Origin: an uncultured Kiritimatiellota bacterium
Lineage (GTDB): Bacteria > Verrucomicrobiota > Kiritimatiellia > RFP12 > UBA1067
Assembly (NCBI GenBank): GCA_934667425.1
Contig: CAKULV010000002.1
Location: 6,278 to 70,277, forward strand
Length of the DNA stretch: 64,000 nt
Direction: 5' to 3'
Shown here piece after piece: positions 35,833-44,800 of this stretch. Below the pieces are notes generated by a model. It was not told the DNA's origin, made no database searches, and saw nothing but the letters and a program-made list of their open reading frames with translations. Each line of letters begins with the position of its first letter. Position 1 is the stretch's first letter. Both the position numbers and the translations under genes were made by a program.

Positions 35833-37845
35833 ATGATTTGTACGCTTCTGTTGGCAACCATCGTGCAGTGGGAGTTCCCCCGCACCGCATCCTGCCACGA
35901 GGGGATCCCGTTCGCGGACGGGAGAACCGGCGTTCTGGTGTGGGGCGGCGGCGACACGATCAACCTGACCGTCGGCCGTGGCGACCTCTGGGACCATCGT
36001 GGCGGATATGCCTGGACGGACGAGCAGAGCTACACCAACATCTGCGCGGCGGTGGCGACACGCGACAACGATAGGCTGAAGTCCCTCTTCTCCAACGAGC
36101 CTCCGCCCAACTGGGGCGGCAGGTACAATCCATACATGCTTCCCCTTGGGCGCGTTGTCGTGAAGATCCCGGGCAAGACGGTCCGGCGCGGTGCGCTTGA
36201 CACGGCTACGGGGCTTGGTGAGCTTTCGTTCACCGACGGCACGGGCGTACGGCTTGCCATGTCGAAGGCGAGCCATGCCTTTGCCATGCAGTTCCCGAAG
36301 GATGCGGAGTATTCGGTCCGGTCGGTCCCAGGGACGGAGTTTGACGTGTGGAAGACGCTTGCGAACCGGGGATTCGAGAAGGCGCGCGTGCTGGACGGAA
36401 GTGTTATCGGTGTGGGAGGCTTTTCCTGGAAACTCCCTGCGGACGAACAGGTGTGGCTGTCTTGGACCGTTGAAGGTCGGGAATTCGTGCTCAAGACCGG
36501 GCGGGGATACAAGGTGCTTGCTGGCGGTGTGCCGTTCGATCGCATGGCGTCAGAGTCGGCCGCGCATTGGTCTGCGTTCTGGCGCGAAGGCGCCCGCGTG
36601 AAGGTGCCGGATCCGGTCGTCCAGCAGATATTCGATCTCGGAATGTACAAGTTCGGCGCAATGACCGATCCTGACGGCTTTGCCGCCGGACTTCAGGGGC
36701 AGTGGCTCGAGGATGACAGGCTCGTGCCGTGGAACGGCGACTACCACTTCAACATCAACGTGCAGGAATGCTATTCGCCGGCGTATCGCGGCGGACACTT
36801 CAAGAACCTCATGCCGCTGTTCAGGATGGTGCTTTCATGGCGGCCGCTCCTTCGCGACAATGCGCGGAAGTTCGTGGGGATAGACCACGGCTACGTGCTG
36901 CCGCATTCGGTTGATGACCGGGGCGTGTGCATCGGCGGATTCTGGACCGGCACGATAGACCACGCCTCTACCGCTTGGATCGCATCCATGATGATGCGGT
37001 ATGTGCGCTATTCCGGCGACACGAGTTTCCTGAAGTCCGGCGCGTTCGACTTCATGAAGGGCGCGATGAGCGTGTACCGGGCGATGATGGAAGAGCGGAA
37101 CGGACGGCTCTCGATCCCGATCGGACCTTCCCCCGAATGGGGTGACAGCAATGTGCAGAAGGCCGTAGGCCGGGACCCTTCGTTCCAGCTTGCGGCGGCG
37201 CATCGCCTTGCGATGGATCTCGCGGATGCCGCCGTCCTTCTCGGCGAATCGCCAGATCCGATGTGGCTCGATGTCTCGAAGCGTCTGCCTGCATTCACCG
37301 ATGGGCCAAATGGCTTCCAGCTTTTCGAGGGCCAGCCATTCATCGCGTCGCACCGCCACCACTCCCACATGGCCGGCATCTATCCGTTCGACACTGTGGA
37401 TTTCGGCGACCCGAATTCGCGCCGTGCCGCATATGCGACGTACCGGAACTGGGTGTTCAAGGGTCCGGGAGAATGGAGCGGATGGTGTGTGCCATGGGCG
37501 GCGATCCTGCATACGCGATTCGGGAGCGCCGATGCCGCAGTCCAGATGCTCCACAACTGGAAGGTGTTCTACAACAATCCGGGACACGGGTCTTTGCACG
37601 ATGCCTTCCGCAGCGGGTTCACCGTGTTCACCGGCCGCCCCACGATCATGCAGATGGACGGACAGTGCGCGGCCGTGACTGCAATACTCGAGTTGATGGC
37701 GCATGAGACGAATGGGCGCGTGGAGTTCTTCAAGGGCTGTCCTGACGATTGGAAGGAAGTGTCGTTCGAGAACCTTGCCCTCTCGGATGGCCGCCGGGTC
37801 TCGGGCTCCCGCATAAACGGGAAGGTGAGAGTAGAGGGGTTTTAG
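35833..37845 (+). CDS. GH95-like (alpha/alpha)6 glycoside hydrolase
   Basis: GRTGVLVWGGGDTINLTVGRGDLWDHRGG and GLQGQWLEDDRLVPWNGDYHFNINVQECYSPAY resemble GH95 signature stretches. The TAG stop is the first TAG of repeat copy B. Confidence 0.55.
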   Translation: MICTLLLATIVQWEFPRTASCHEGIPFADGRTGVLVWGGGDTINLTVGRGDLWDHRGGYAWTDEQSYTNICAAVATRDNDRLKSLFSNEPPPNWGGRYNPYMLPLGRVVVKIPGKTVRRGALDTATGLGELSFTDGTGVRLAMSKASHAFAMQFPKDAEYSVRSVPGTEFDVWKTLANRGFEKARVLDGSVIGVGGFSWKLPADEQVWLSWTVEGREFVLKTGRGYKVLAGGVPFDRMASESAAHWSAFWREGARVKVPDPVVQQIFDLGMYKFGAMTDPDGFAAGLQGQWLEDDRLVPWNGDYHFNINVQECYSPAYRGGHFKNLMPLFRMVLSWRPLLRDNARKFVGIDHGYVLPHSVDDRGVCIGGFWTGTIDHASTAWIASMMMRYVRYSGDTSFLKSGAFDFMKGAMSVYRAMMEERNGRLSIPIGPSPEWGDSNVQKAVGRDPSFQLAAAHRLAMDLADAAVLLGESPDPMWLDVSKRLPAFTDGPNGFQLFEGQPFIASHRHHSHMAGIYPFDTVDFGDPNSRRAAYATYRNWVFKGPGEWSGWCVPWAAILHTRFGSADAAVQMLHNWKVFYNNPGHGSLHDAFRSGFTVFTGRPTIMQMDGQCAAVTAILELMAHETNGRVEFFKGCPDDWKEVSFENLALSDGRRVSGSRINGKVRVEGF

Positions 37846-37949
37846 TTGGTAGATGATAGTTGGTAGTTGGTAGTGGGTAGACGGTAGGTTTTGGTGGGAG
37901 AGGCGCAACTATCCTCTACCATCTACACTCTACCAACTATCCACTGTAG
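37843..37949. repeat. modular intergenic repeat, copy B (GGTAG-heptad arm, 21-nt loop, CTACC arm; no AT-rich core)
   Basis: The left arm is 37843-37888 and the right arm is 37910-37949. A perfect 12-bp complement is GATAGTTGGTAG (37855-37866) with CTACCAACTATC (37930-37941). Confidence 0.85.
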
Positions 37950-37971
37950 TGTCGGAAAGGTCTGGTGCGGA

Positions 37972-39786
37972 ATGATGCGGATAATGAGCAAGCTGCTGTG
38001 CGTGGCTGCCCTTGCGGCAAGTGTCGCATTCCCGGCGGATGCGTCTGCCGGTGACGTCTTCGACGGGCTTTCCGTCTGGCTGGACTTTCGCGGCGATGGG
38101 CCGTCGGCGGGCGGCGGCGCCGTCGGGAACCTTATAGACGCCATGGCGGGCAGTCCGCTCGGCGGAAGCCACGAGACCAACCGGGCCGCACTCGTTTCGG
38201 TTGAGGTTGTGCCTCCGGCCTTGCCGTGGGAGACTAACGTTGTGAAGGCGCTTCGCCTTCCGCAATGCTTCGACGCGGAAACGGGAAAGATCATGCCGGT
38301 CGCGCTTGACCTGCCGCAGGCCGCCGTGGATGCCGCTGTGCAGACGGCCTATGTCCGCTTCAGGTGGAATGGCGCCCCGAACCCGTCCAAGGCATACTCC
38401 GAGTGGCTGATCCTGAATGGCTACAACTGGGGAGCTGCTTCAGGCTGGGGGCTTGGCGTCAGCAATGTCGCGAATGCAGACCCGGCTCGCGGGAACCTAT
38501 GCTGCATGGTGCCGCAGAAGACGATGGTGTTCAACTGGAATGACGGCTTCAGCTTGTCTCCGGGAGTGTGGTACGACCTGTTTGTCCAACTCTCGCCCAG
38601 TGAGGACGAGACGAAGACGGTGTTCTCTTTCTTCCTTCTGAAAGAGCCGTCGAAGACAATCGTGGATGGCATGCTGTTGTGGTGGATGCCATCCTTCGCG
38701 ACGGCCTCGGTGACGGTGCAGGCTCCGCTTTCCGTTTCGCCGGCGCATCGCACGCTGCGCCTTGGGTCGGAGAACACGGCTACGTCCTTCGTCGGGAGCG
38801 ACGACAACTGGGGCGCGTATTCCAAGGGCTTTAGGGGAGAGATCGCCGCCTACATGGCCTGGTCGCGCAAACTGACGGAAGAGGAACGCTGGCAGGTCGT
38901 GCGCGGAAGTTTCGGCTACGACTGGCGTTTCGGCGTCCCGAACGGAAGCTCGGCGGAATTTGCCGCCGATGCGTCAGGTGAAGCGAGGACGACGGTAACC
39001 GCGAAATGCGATTCCGTCGCATTCCTCCCCGGGAAACTTACCGAGGAGTCGCCGACGCTAACGATCAAAGGCGAGGTCATACCGCGCGAAACCGGGATAG
39101 GCAAGATCCTTTCGATAGCGCCGATCCTTTCCGATGGCGCGGAGGCGAGAATTGATGTGTCGATCAACGGCGTACCGCTCGGAACCTATGGCCTGTCGTC
39201 TCGCGTGGGCTGCAACATCGTAATCCCCGGCAGGCTCTGGGAAGCCATGGCGGATGGCTGTGCGACGATAGCCATGACAAGGACCGTGCCGTTCGTCGGC
39301 GACCTTTCACTTGACGCGATCACGCTTTGCGGAGGCTGGAGGATGGGCGGCATAATGACGCGTGAGGGCTATGCCCGTTCGCGCTATTCCATCGGCGCGG
39401 TTTCGCCGCGATCCATCCAACGGGGCACGATGATCTCCTCGGCGAGCGAGCTGCGGACAATCGACATCATGGCGCACGTGCCAAAGGGTGCGATGGATGC
39501 GGCCACATACACGATGTCCTTCACTGTCTCCGGCTTTGGCGCAAACGACAATGCCCAGCCGCATTCGATCTCGGTGAATGGAACGCAAGTCGCCGTGTTC
39601 CCGGAATTGGCGGCCGGCTCCACCTATCAGGCCAGAATCCCGGCATCCTGTCTGACAGCCGGCGAGAATGTATTCCGCCTCTCCAACGATGCGCCCGTCA
39701 TTTCAGGCGCAACCCGTTGGGCGGCATATTCCGGCTTCGAGATCAATGTCCGGCCGCGCAGCGGCTTCATGGTGATCTGCAGATGA
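37972..39786 (+). CDS. secreted LamG (concanavalin-like) domain protein
   Basis: Signal peptide MMRIMSKLLCVAALAASVAFPADASA. GFRGEIAAYMAWSRKLTEEERWQV is a typical Laminin_G_3 C-terminal motif. The protein ends ...RSGFMVICR. Confidence 0.65.
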   Translation: MMRIMSKLLCVAALAASVAFPADASAGDVFDGLSVWLDFRGDGPSAGGGAVGNLIDAMAGSPLGGSHETNRAALVSVEVVPPALPWETNVVKALRLPQCFDAETGKIMPVALDLPQAAVDAAVQTAYVRFRWNGAPNPSKAYSEWLILNGYNWGAASGWGLGVSNVANADPARGNLCCMVPQKTMVFNWNDGFSLSPGVWYDLFVQLSPSEDETKTVFSFFLLKEPSKTIVDGMLLWWMPSFATASVTVQAPLSVSPAHRTLRLGSENTATSFVGSDDNWGAYSKGFRGEIAAYMAWSRKLTEEERWQVVRGSFGYDWRFGVPNGSSAEFAADASGEARTTVTAKCDSVAFLPGKLTEESPTLTIKGEVIPRETGIGKILSIAPILSDGAEARIDVSINGVPLGTYGLSSRVGCNIVIPGRLWEAMADGCATIAMTRTVPFVGDLSLDAITLCGGWRMGGIMTREGYARSRYSIGAVSPRSIQRGTMISSASELRTIDIMAHVPKGAMDAATYTMSFTVSGFGANDNAQPHSISVNGTQVAVFPELAAGSTYQARIPASCLTAGENVFRLSNDAPVISGATRWAAYSGFEINVRPRSGFMVICR

Positions 39787-41843
39787 GCGCAAACGACGGA
39801 CTTCAAAGGGGGGCGTGCATGGCGGCCCTCGTGTCAGGCATGGCCTGGCTTGCGTCGGCCTCGGCGGCGGAGGGCTTCTATCGCGTGGGGCATTCCAACG
39901 GGCGCTGGGATATCCTGGATCCGCAGGGGCGCGTCACGTTCCTGCGGGGCGTGGATCATGTGCGCTATCGTGGGGTCTACACTTACGTCCATGGCGCGCC
40001 GTTCGGACACTACGAGCGCTGGAATGACGCGCATTACGCGAATGTGGCTGAATGGTGCGCGGAAACGTCGGACCGTCTGCGCACTTGGGGCTTCAACATG
40101 CTGGGCGGAGGCGAAGGCGAGGAAATGCGCGGACGAGGCTTCGCCTACGCGAAGTCGTTGGCGCTGAGCCACGGCTTGACGGTTGGCACGGGCAACAATG
40201 CGACAGGCGCGGGGAAGGAGGGGCTTTGGATATGCCCGCACGAAGGCTCCCCGTGCACCGAGTTCCCCAACGTGTTCCACCCCGGCTTCCCGGCATACTG
40301 CGACGGCGTGGCGGCGGAAAAGTGTGCGCCGTTGCGCGATGACCGCGATCTTGTGGGATATTTCATAGACAACGAGCTTGCCTGGTGGGGACGCGGCCCG
40401 CGGGCGACAGGTCTCTTTGACAGTACAAGGGCGTTGCCTCCGAGCCATACTGCGCGACAGGCGGTCGAGTCGTTTTTGCGTGAACGCGGGATTCCTTCAG
40501 AAGAGGCGACGGTCCCCGTATCCGTCAAGCGCGAGTTCCTGCGTATGGCCGCAGAAAAGTATTTCACCACGACCGTGGCGGCCATTCGACGCCATGACCC
40601 AAACCACATGGTGCTTGGCGCCCGGTTCGCCGGTGTGGAGGTTAACGACCCGATTGTATGGGAAGTCGCGGGACGCCATTGCGACATGCTGACGGTCAAC
40701 TGCTACCCATGGGCCGATCTTGATCGCAATGTCATCCTCACACGTCAGGCCGGCGGCGAACGGATCGCGGATGTGTTCCGTCGCCTGTGTTCCTTGGCCG
40801 GGCGACCTCTGTTCGTGACGGAATGGAGCTTTCCGGCGTTGGATACGCCGTGTCCGAGCACGCACGGTGGAGGCATGCGCTGCCGGACCCAACGCGAAAG
40901 GGCGCGTGCCTCGGAACTGTTTGCGCGAACATTGCTCGCGATGCCGGAGATCGTTGGCTACAGCTATTTCATGTGGGTGGACGAGCCTCCAGAAGGCATC
41001 AGCACGGTCTACCCGGAAAACTCAAACTATGGGCTCGTGAATGAACGGGGCGAACCATACGGGGATTTGACGCGGATGTTTGCGCAGTTGCATCGCAACG
41101 TGAAGAAGCTTCGTTGCGCACCGTTGCCAAAGGAACGTCCGGGCGGCGTGTTGGCCTCAAGGTTCGCCAGTTTGCATGGATTGAAGCCAGCGAATGGCTT
41201 TGCCGTGACAGGCAACGATTGGAGATGGACGAATGATGCGGGGCTGACGATAGAGGGCGGCACCGGTGCGGGACGAATGGTGCGGCGCACGACGCTGAAA
41301 GGCGCGGATCTCGGCACTGTCGGTGCGATGGGTCAGTACACGCTGGATGGCGCATCCGTATGGCATGAGCTTGAGACCGTTTCGGATGTGCGTTTCGCAG
41401 ACGGGGCCTTGGAATTGACGGCTTCCCGTCGCGGATGGAAGGGCGTTTCGTTCGAGATGACCTTCCGGCTGACGCTTGACGCCAGCCGTCCGGAGTTCAT
41501 GCTTGAACTCCTGCGGGTCCGCAACAGGGGCAGTGCGCCAATCCGCTTCAAGGCGTTCTTCCTGTGCCAGTATTCGCCGTTTGCCCGCGAGGGCGTCTTG
41601 CGCAGGAAACGTCCGCCGACGTGGGGGGACGACATCGCCACCGGCTGGCAGGCCAGGGATGGGCGCGTGTTCTCCGCGATGACACGGGCGCCGGATGTCG
41701 CGGTATTCAACTACTACGTCGATCCGCAGAGCGTGCATCCTGATGCCGCGTTTGCGCCGTCCGACCTGCCTGCGGAACTGTCGCCTGGCGCGGAGTATGA
41801 ATGCGCCGGCAGGGTGTGGATGCTCTGCCGTGGGGGTAGATGA
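39783..41843 (+). CDS. clan GH-A TIM-barrel glycoside hydrolase, family not assignable by eye
   Basis: ATGA overlap with the upstream gene and a signal peptide. FIDNELAWWG looks like an NE acid/base motif, and LFVTEWSFPA looks like a nucleophile E motif. Confidence 0.55.
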   Translation: MSANDGLQRGACMAALVSGMAWLASASAAEGFYRVGHSNGRWDILDPQGRVTFLRGVDHVRYRGVYTYVHGAPFGHYERWNDAHYANVAEWCAETSDRLRTWGFNMLGGGEGEEMRGRGFAYAKSLALSHGLTVGTGNNATGAGKEGLWICPHEGSPCTEFPNVFHPGFPAYCDGVAAEKCAPLRDDRDLVGYFIDNELAWWGRGPRATGLFDSTRALPPSHTARQAVESFLRERGIPSEEATVPVSVKREFLRMAAEKYFTTTVAAIRRHDPNHMVLGARFAGVEVNDPIVWEVAGRHCDMLTVNCYPWADLDRNVILTRQAGGERIADVFRRLCSLAGRPLFVTEWSFPALDTPCPSTHGGGMRCRTQRERARASELFARTLLAMPEIVGYSYFMWVDEPPEGISTVYPENSNYGLVNERGEPYGDLTRMFAQLHRNVKKLRCAPLPKERPGGVLASRFASLHGLKPANGFAVTGNDWRWTNDAGLTIEGGTGAGRMVRRTTLKGADLGTVGAMGQYTLDGASVWHELETVSDVRFADGALELTASRRGWKGVSFEMTFRLTLDASRPEFMLELLRVRNRGSAPIRFKAFFLCQYSPFAREGVLRRKRPPTWGDDIATGWQARDGRVFSAMTRAPDVAVFNYYVDPQSVHPDAAFAPSDLPAELSPGAEYECAGRVWMLCRGGR

Positions 41844-41980
41844 TAGTTGGTAGTTGGTAGAGTTTAGGGGAATTTACGATTTACGATTTACGATTGCATT
41901 TGGCCATTTAGGTATTTGATTTTACCTGCTACCAACTACAATCTATCAACTACCAACTACCCTCTACCAACTACCCACTA
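41835..41980. repeat. modular intergenic repeat, copy C (full: GGTAG arm + AT-rich core + CTACC arm)
   Basis: The arm is 41835-41862. The core TTTAGGGGAATTTACGATTTACGATTTACGATTGCATTTGGCCATTTAGGTATTTGATTTTA is 41863-41924. The CTACC array is 41925-41978. Confidence 0.9.
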
Positions 41981-42598
41981 AAACCTAAGCAGATGGCGGC
42001 GGAGGGCGATGGCGACGGCCTCGGCGCGATTGGCGGCGCCGATTTTCGAGAAGATGAGGTTCAGGTGCTCCTTCACGCTGTCCTCGCGGATGCCGAGCTG
42101 ATGCGCAATGTCCGCGTTGGTGAGCCCGCGCACGATCGACGACAGGATCACTTCCTGACGCTCGGTGAGCTTCTGCACCGGCGGGTCGGTGGCGATCTGT
42201 TTCTCGATTTCCGGCGACACCCAGCGTTTGCCGGCGGCAATGGCCCTTATCGCCGTAAGCAGCTGGGCATTGGCGTTTGACTTTGTGATCGCGCCATCGG
42301 CTCCCGCTTCGAGTGCGCGAGACAGGTCGTCGGACACAGTCGAGGTGGTTAGGATAAGCACACGGGTGTGCGGAAGCCGCGACTTGATCTCCTGTGTGGC
42401 GGAGATTCCGTCCCTAACCGGCATCATGATGTCCATGATCACGATGTCCGGCCTGTTGCGCATGGCCTTGCGGATGGCCACATCTCCGTCGTCTGCCTCT
42501 CCGATGACGCGGATGCCGGACTCCGGCTCAAGCAGGGCCGCAAGCCCCATGCGCACGATGGCGTGGTCGTCGGCGATCAGTACGGTCGTCTCCTTCAT
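41978..42598 (-). CDS. NarL/LuxR-family response regulator
   Basis: REC domain (VLIADDHAIVR...DIVIMDIMMP) plus a LuxR HTH (LTERQEVILSSIVRGLTNADIAHQLGIREDSVKEHL). Confidence 0.9.
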   Translation of the reverse strand: MKETTVLIADDHAIVRMGLAALLEPESGIRVIGEADDGDVAIRKAMRNRPDIVIMDIMMPVRDGISATQEIKSRLPHTRVLILTTSTVSDDLSRALEAGADGAITKSNANAQLLTAIRAIAAGKRWVSPEIEKQIATDPPVQKLTERQEVILSSIVRGLTNADIAHQLGIREDSVKEHLNLIFSKIGAANRAEAVAIALRRHLLRF

Positions 42599-44709
42599 GC
42601 GTTCTCCTGTTTGGGCAATGCCATCTCGACGACTGCGCGTGTGCCGTGTCCGGGGGCGCTGCTGATCTTCAAGGTGCCCCTGAATGCCTTGATCCTCTCC
42701 ATTATTCCCTGGATGCCGAAATGGCCCTCGGCTATGCCGGGACGACTTGCCACGTCAAAGCCGCATCCATCGTCCGCCACGGATATGCGAAGCATTCCGT
42801 TGTCAATCGCGCCTGCGACGTGGATTTCCTTGGCGTGGCCATGGCGGACTGCGTTGACCGCCAGTTCGCGAATGATGCAGAGGATGTCGTGCGCGGTCTT
42901 GTCAGAGAACTTCGTCCGTGATACATTGAATCTCACGCCAAGCCGCGCCTCGCCGATGTGGCGCAGAAGGGCCATGCGTATCGCATCGCCCATGACCCTC
43001 TCTTCGAGCGCTCTGCTGCGAAGGTCCCAGATGCAGTTGCGAAGCTCTTCGCGGCAGGAATCGAGGGTGCGTGACGCGATCCCAAGGTGAAGCCTTGCCT
43101 TTCTTCCGTTGGAGTCGAGAAAGCGATCCGCCGAATCTATCTGCATGGATACCCCGGTCAGGTTCTGGGAGATGGAGTCGTGCAGCTCCACTGCGAGGCG
43201 GGTGCGTTCGTCGATGCGCAACTCAGAGCTGACCTTGGCGACCTGCGCCTTGAAGAGCTCGTGTCCCTTTCGCGCGGCCAGGCGGCGCAGCGCGGCGTTC
43301 CACGTGAGGATCCCGGCGAGGACGGTGAGCAGGGCGGCGATCACGACCGCGAGTCGGCGAGGGGTCCACCACGGCGGACGCCTCAGGACGACCAGGTCGG
43401 CGGCGGCCCGTGGCACGAGGACAATCCCGCAGATATGCGGGAAGTCCGAGTTCGGGCGCCAGCTGTCGGTCTCCATGACGCAGACGCCGGAGATCTCCAC
43501 CTCGCAGCCGATGGACAGGCCCCGCGCGGCGGCTTCGCAGGCGTGGAGGTCGACGGGGACGGAGTGCCCGTCGTCGTCGATGACCATGCGGCGGGAGCCG
43601 TCCTGCGGGAGGATGCGGATGATGCCGTTGAGCCGGATCGCCCGGCCGTGGTAGGCGTAGTTGAAGCGGGGCGTCCCGGATTCGTGAAGGAGCAGGCTCC
43701 CGGCGCGAACGGCCCGCGCCGGCTCGAGGCGCCGGTCCGGCGGCGCCGCCTCCCGCCATGTCGCGCGCGCCAGGTTGATCTGGTAGAGGTCGGTCTCCGG
43801 GAACCCGACGATCTCGATCCTGTCGCCATAGCGCGGCGCGGCGCCGTCCGCCGTCCGGGCGCCGAGCGTGGAGCCGTCCTTCCGGCGCACGAGCACGTTC
43901 CGTCCCTGCCACACGGCGACGACCCGCCCGGACGTGCGGCGCCGGCCGATGCCGTTCAGCTCGATGGGCTGCATGTTCTGCGGCAGGTCCTCGAGCGCGG
44001 GGACGTCGAAGGGCGAGGTCGGCGGGCGGACGACGGTGATGAAGTCCTCGGCGCAGACGAGGATGTAGCGCCCCAGGTGCCGGCGATACCCGTGGCCGGA
44101 GTGGGTGCAGACGCCCTGCACGGTGACGACGGCCCCCTCGTACCGCGCCCGGTTCGCCGACGGGCCGGAGGGACTGCGGGGAAGCGCCGCGTAGACCGTC
44201 CGCGAGCCGTCGCTCAGCACGAAGAAGAGCGTCCGTGGGTCGATCTCGTCAATGAAGATGTCGCGGACGGTCCCGGTGAACGAGACCGACTGGAAGTCGA
44301 GCGTCCCGTCGAGGAGCTGCCCGGCGGTCACGGCTTTCGGCGGCGGCGGGGCGTCTCGGCCCAGGACGCTGAACGCGCGGCAGCTCGGGTACACCAGGTT
44401 GCGGCTGTCCGTCTCGGTGCGTCCCGTCACGCGGATCCGGTCGCCGGCCGACACCGACGCCCCCGGACGCGGCGTGACGTCGTACAGCCCGATGGCGCCG
44501 GTGCCGTCGGCGATCGTCATGAATCCGCCGGGCGTCAGGGGCCTGGGCGGGTAGAGTACCGTCCCCACGATGTCGAAGCGCACGCCATCCGCCGGACGCG
44601 AGTAGGTCGCGTCGAGCAGCTCTCGCACGGTGCGCAGCGCGCATGGCGTCTCCGCGCGCGCCGGAGCGAGCGCAAGCGCGGCCATAAGCAAAGGCAGGGA
44701 TCGGAACAT
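42595..44709 (-). CDS. sensor histidine kinase (HisKA_3 + HATPase) with large extracytoplasmic N-terminal sensor
   Basis: Internal ATG at 44709 with a signal peptide (MFRSLPLLMAALALAPARA). After a TM helix come ERTRLAVELHDSISQNL (H-box) and an HATPase domain (DDGCGF, GIQGIMER). The gene overlaps the response regulator start. Confidence 0.85.
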   Translation of the reverse strand: MFRSLPLLMAALALAPARAETPCALRTVRELLDATYSRPADGVRFDIVGTVLYPPRPLTPGGFMTIADGTGAIGLYDVTPRPGASVSAGDRIRVTGRTETDSRNLVYPSCRAFSVLGRDAPPPPKAVTAGQLLDGTLDFQSVSFTGTVRDIFIDEIDPRTLFFVLSDGSRTVYAALPRSPSGPSANRARYEGAVVTVQGVCTHSGHGYRRHLGRYILVCAEDFITVVRPPTSPFDVPALEDLPQNMQPIELNGIGRRRTSGRVVAVWQGRNVLVRRKDGSTLGARTADGAAPRYGDRIEIVGFPETDLYQINLARATWREAAPPDRRLEPARAVRAGSLLLHESGTPRFNYAYHGRAIRLNGIIRILPQDGSRRMVIDDDGHSVPVDLHACEAAARGLSIGCEVEISGVCVMETDSWRPNSDFPHICGIVLVPRAAADLVVLRRPPWWTPRRLAVVIAALLTVLAGILTWNAALRRLAARKGHELFKAQVAKVSSELRIDERTRLAVELHDSISQNLTGVSMQIDSADRFLDSNGRKARLHLGIASRTLDSCREELRNCIWDLRSRALEERVMGDAIRMALLRHIGEARLGVRFNVSRTKFSDKTAHDILCIIRELAVNAVRHGHAKEIHVAGAIDNGMLRISVADDGCGFDVASRPGIAEGHFGIQGIMERIKAFRGTLKISSAPGHGTRAVVEMALPKQENA

Positions 44710-44783
44710 GGCCGAGATTATATCAGAATTGGCGAAAGCGGTATGCCCCCCGAAAGTGGGGCTTGTTTGCGTTGAAGGTGGCG

Positions 44784-44792
44784 TGGTAAAAT
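44784..44792 (+). promoter_or_regulatory. extended -10 TGgTAAAAT, 8 nt upstream of the lipoprotein ATG (leaderless candidate)
   Basis: Read directly, in the divergent region shared with the histidine kinase. Confidence 0.4.
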
Positions 44793-44800
44793 CATGCGCC

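Noticed and set aside
41863-41924. Heptad repeats (GATTTAC x3, GGTAGNT arrays) considered as a CRISPR array
   Set aside because: The units are 7 nt with no spacers, each array is under 35 nt, and no cas genes are present. This is not CRISPR architecture.
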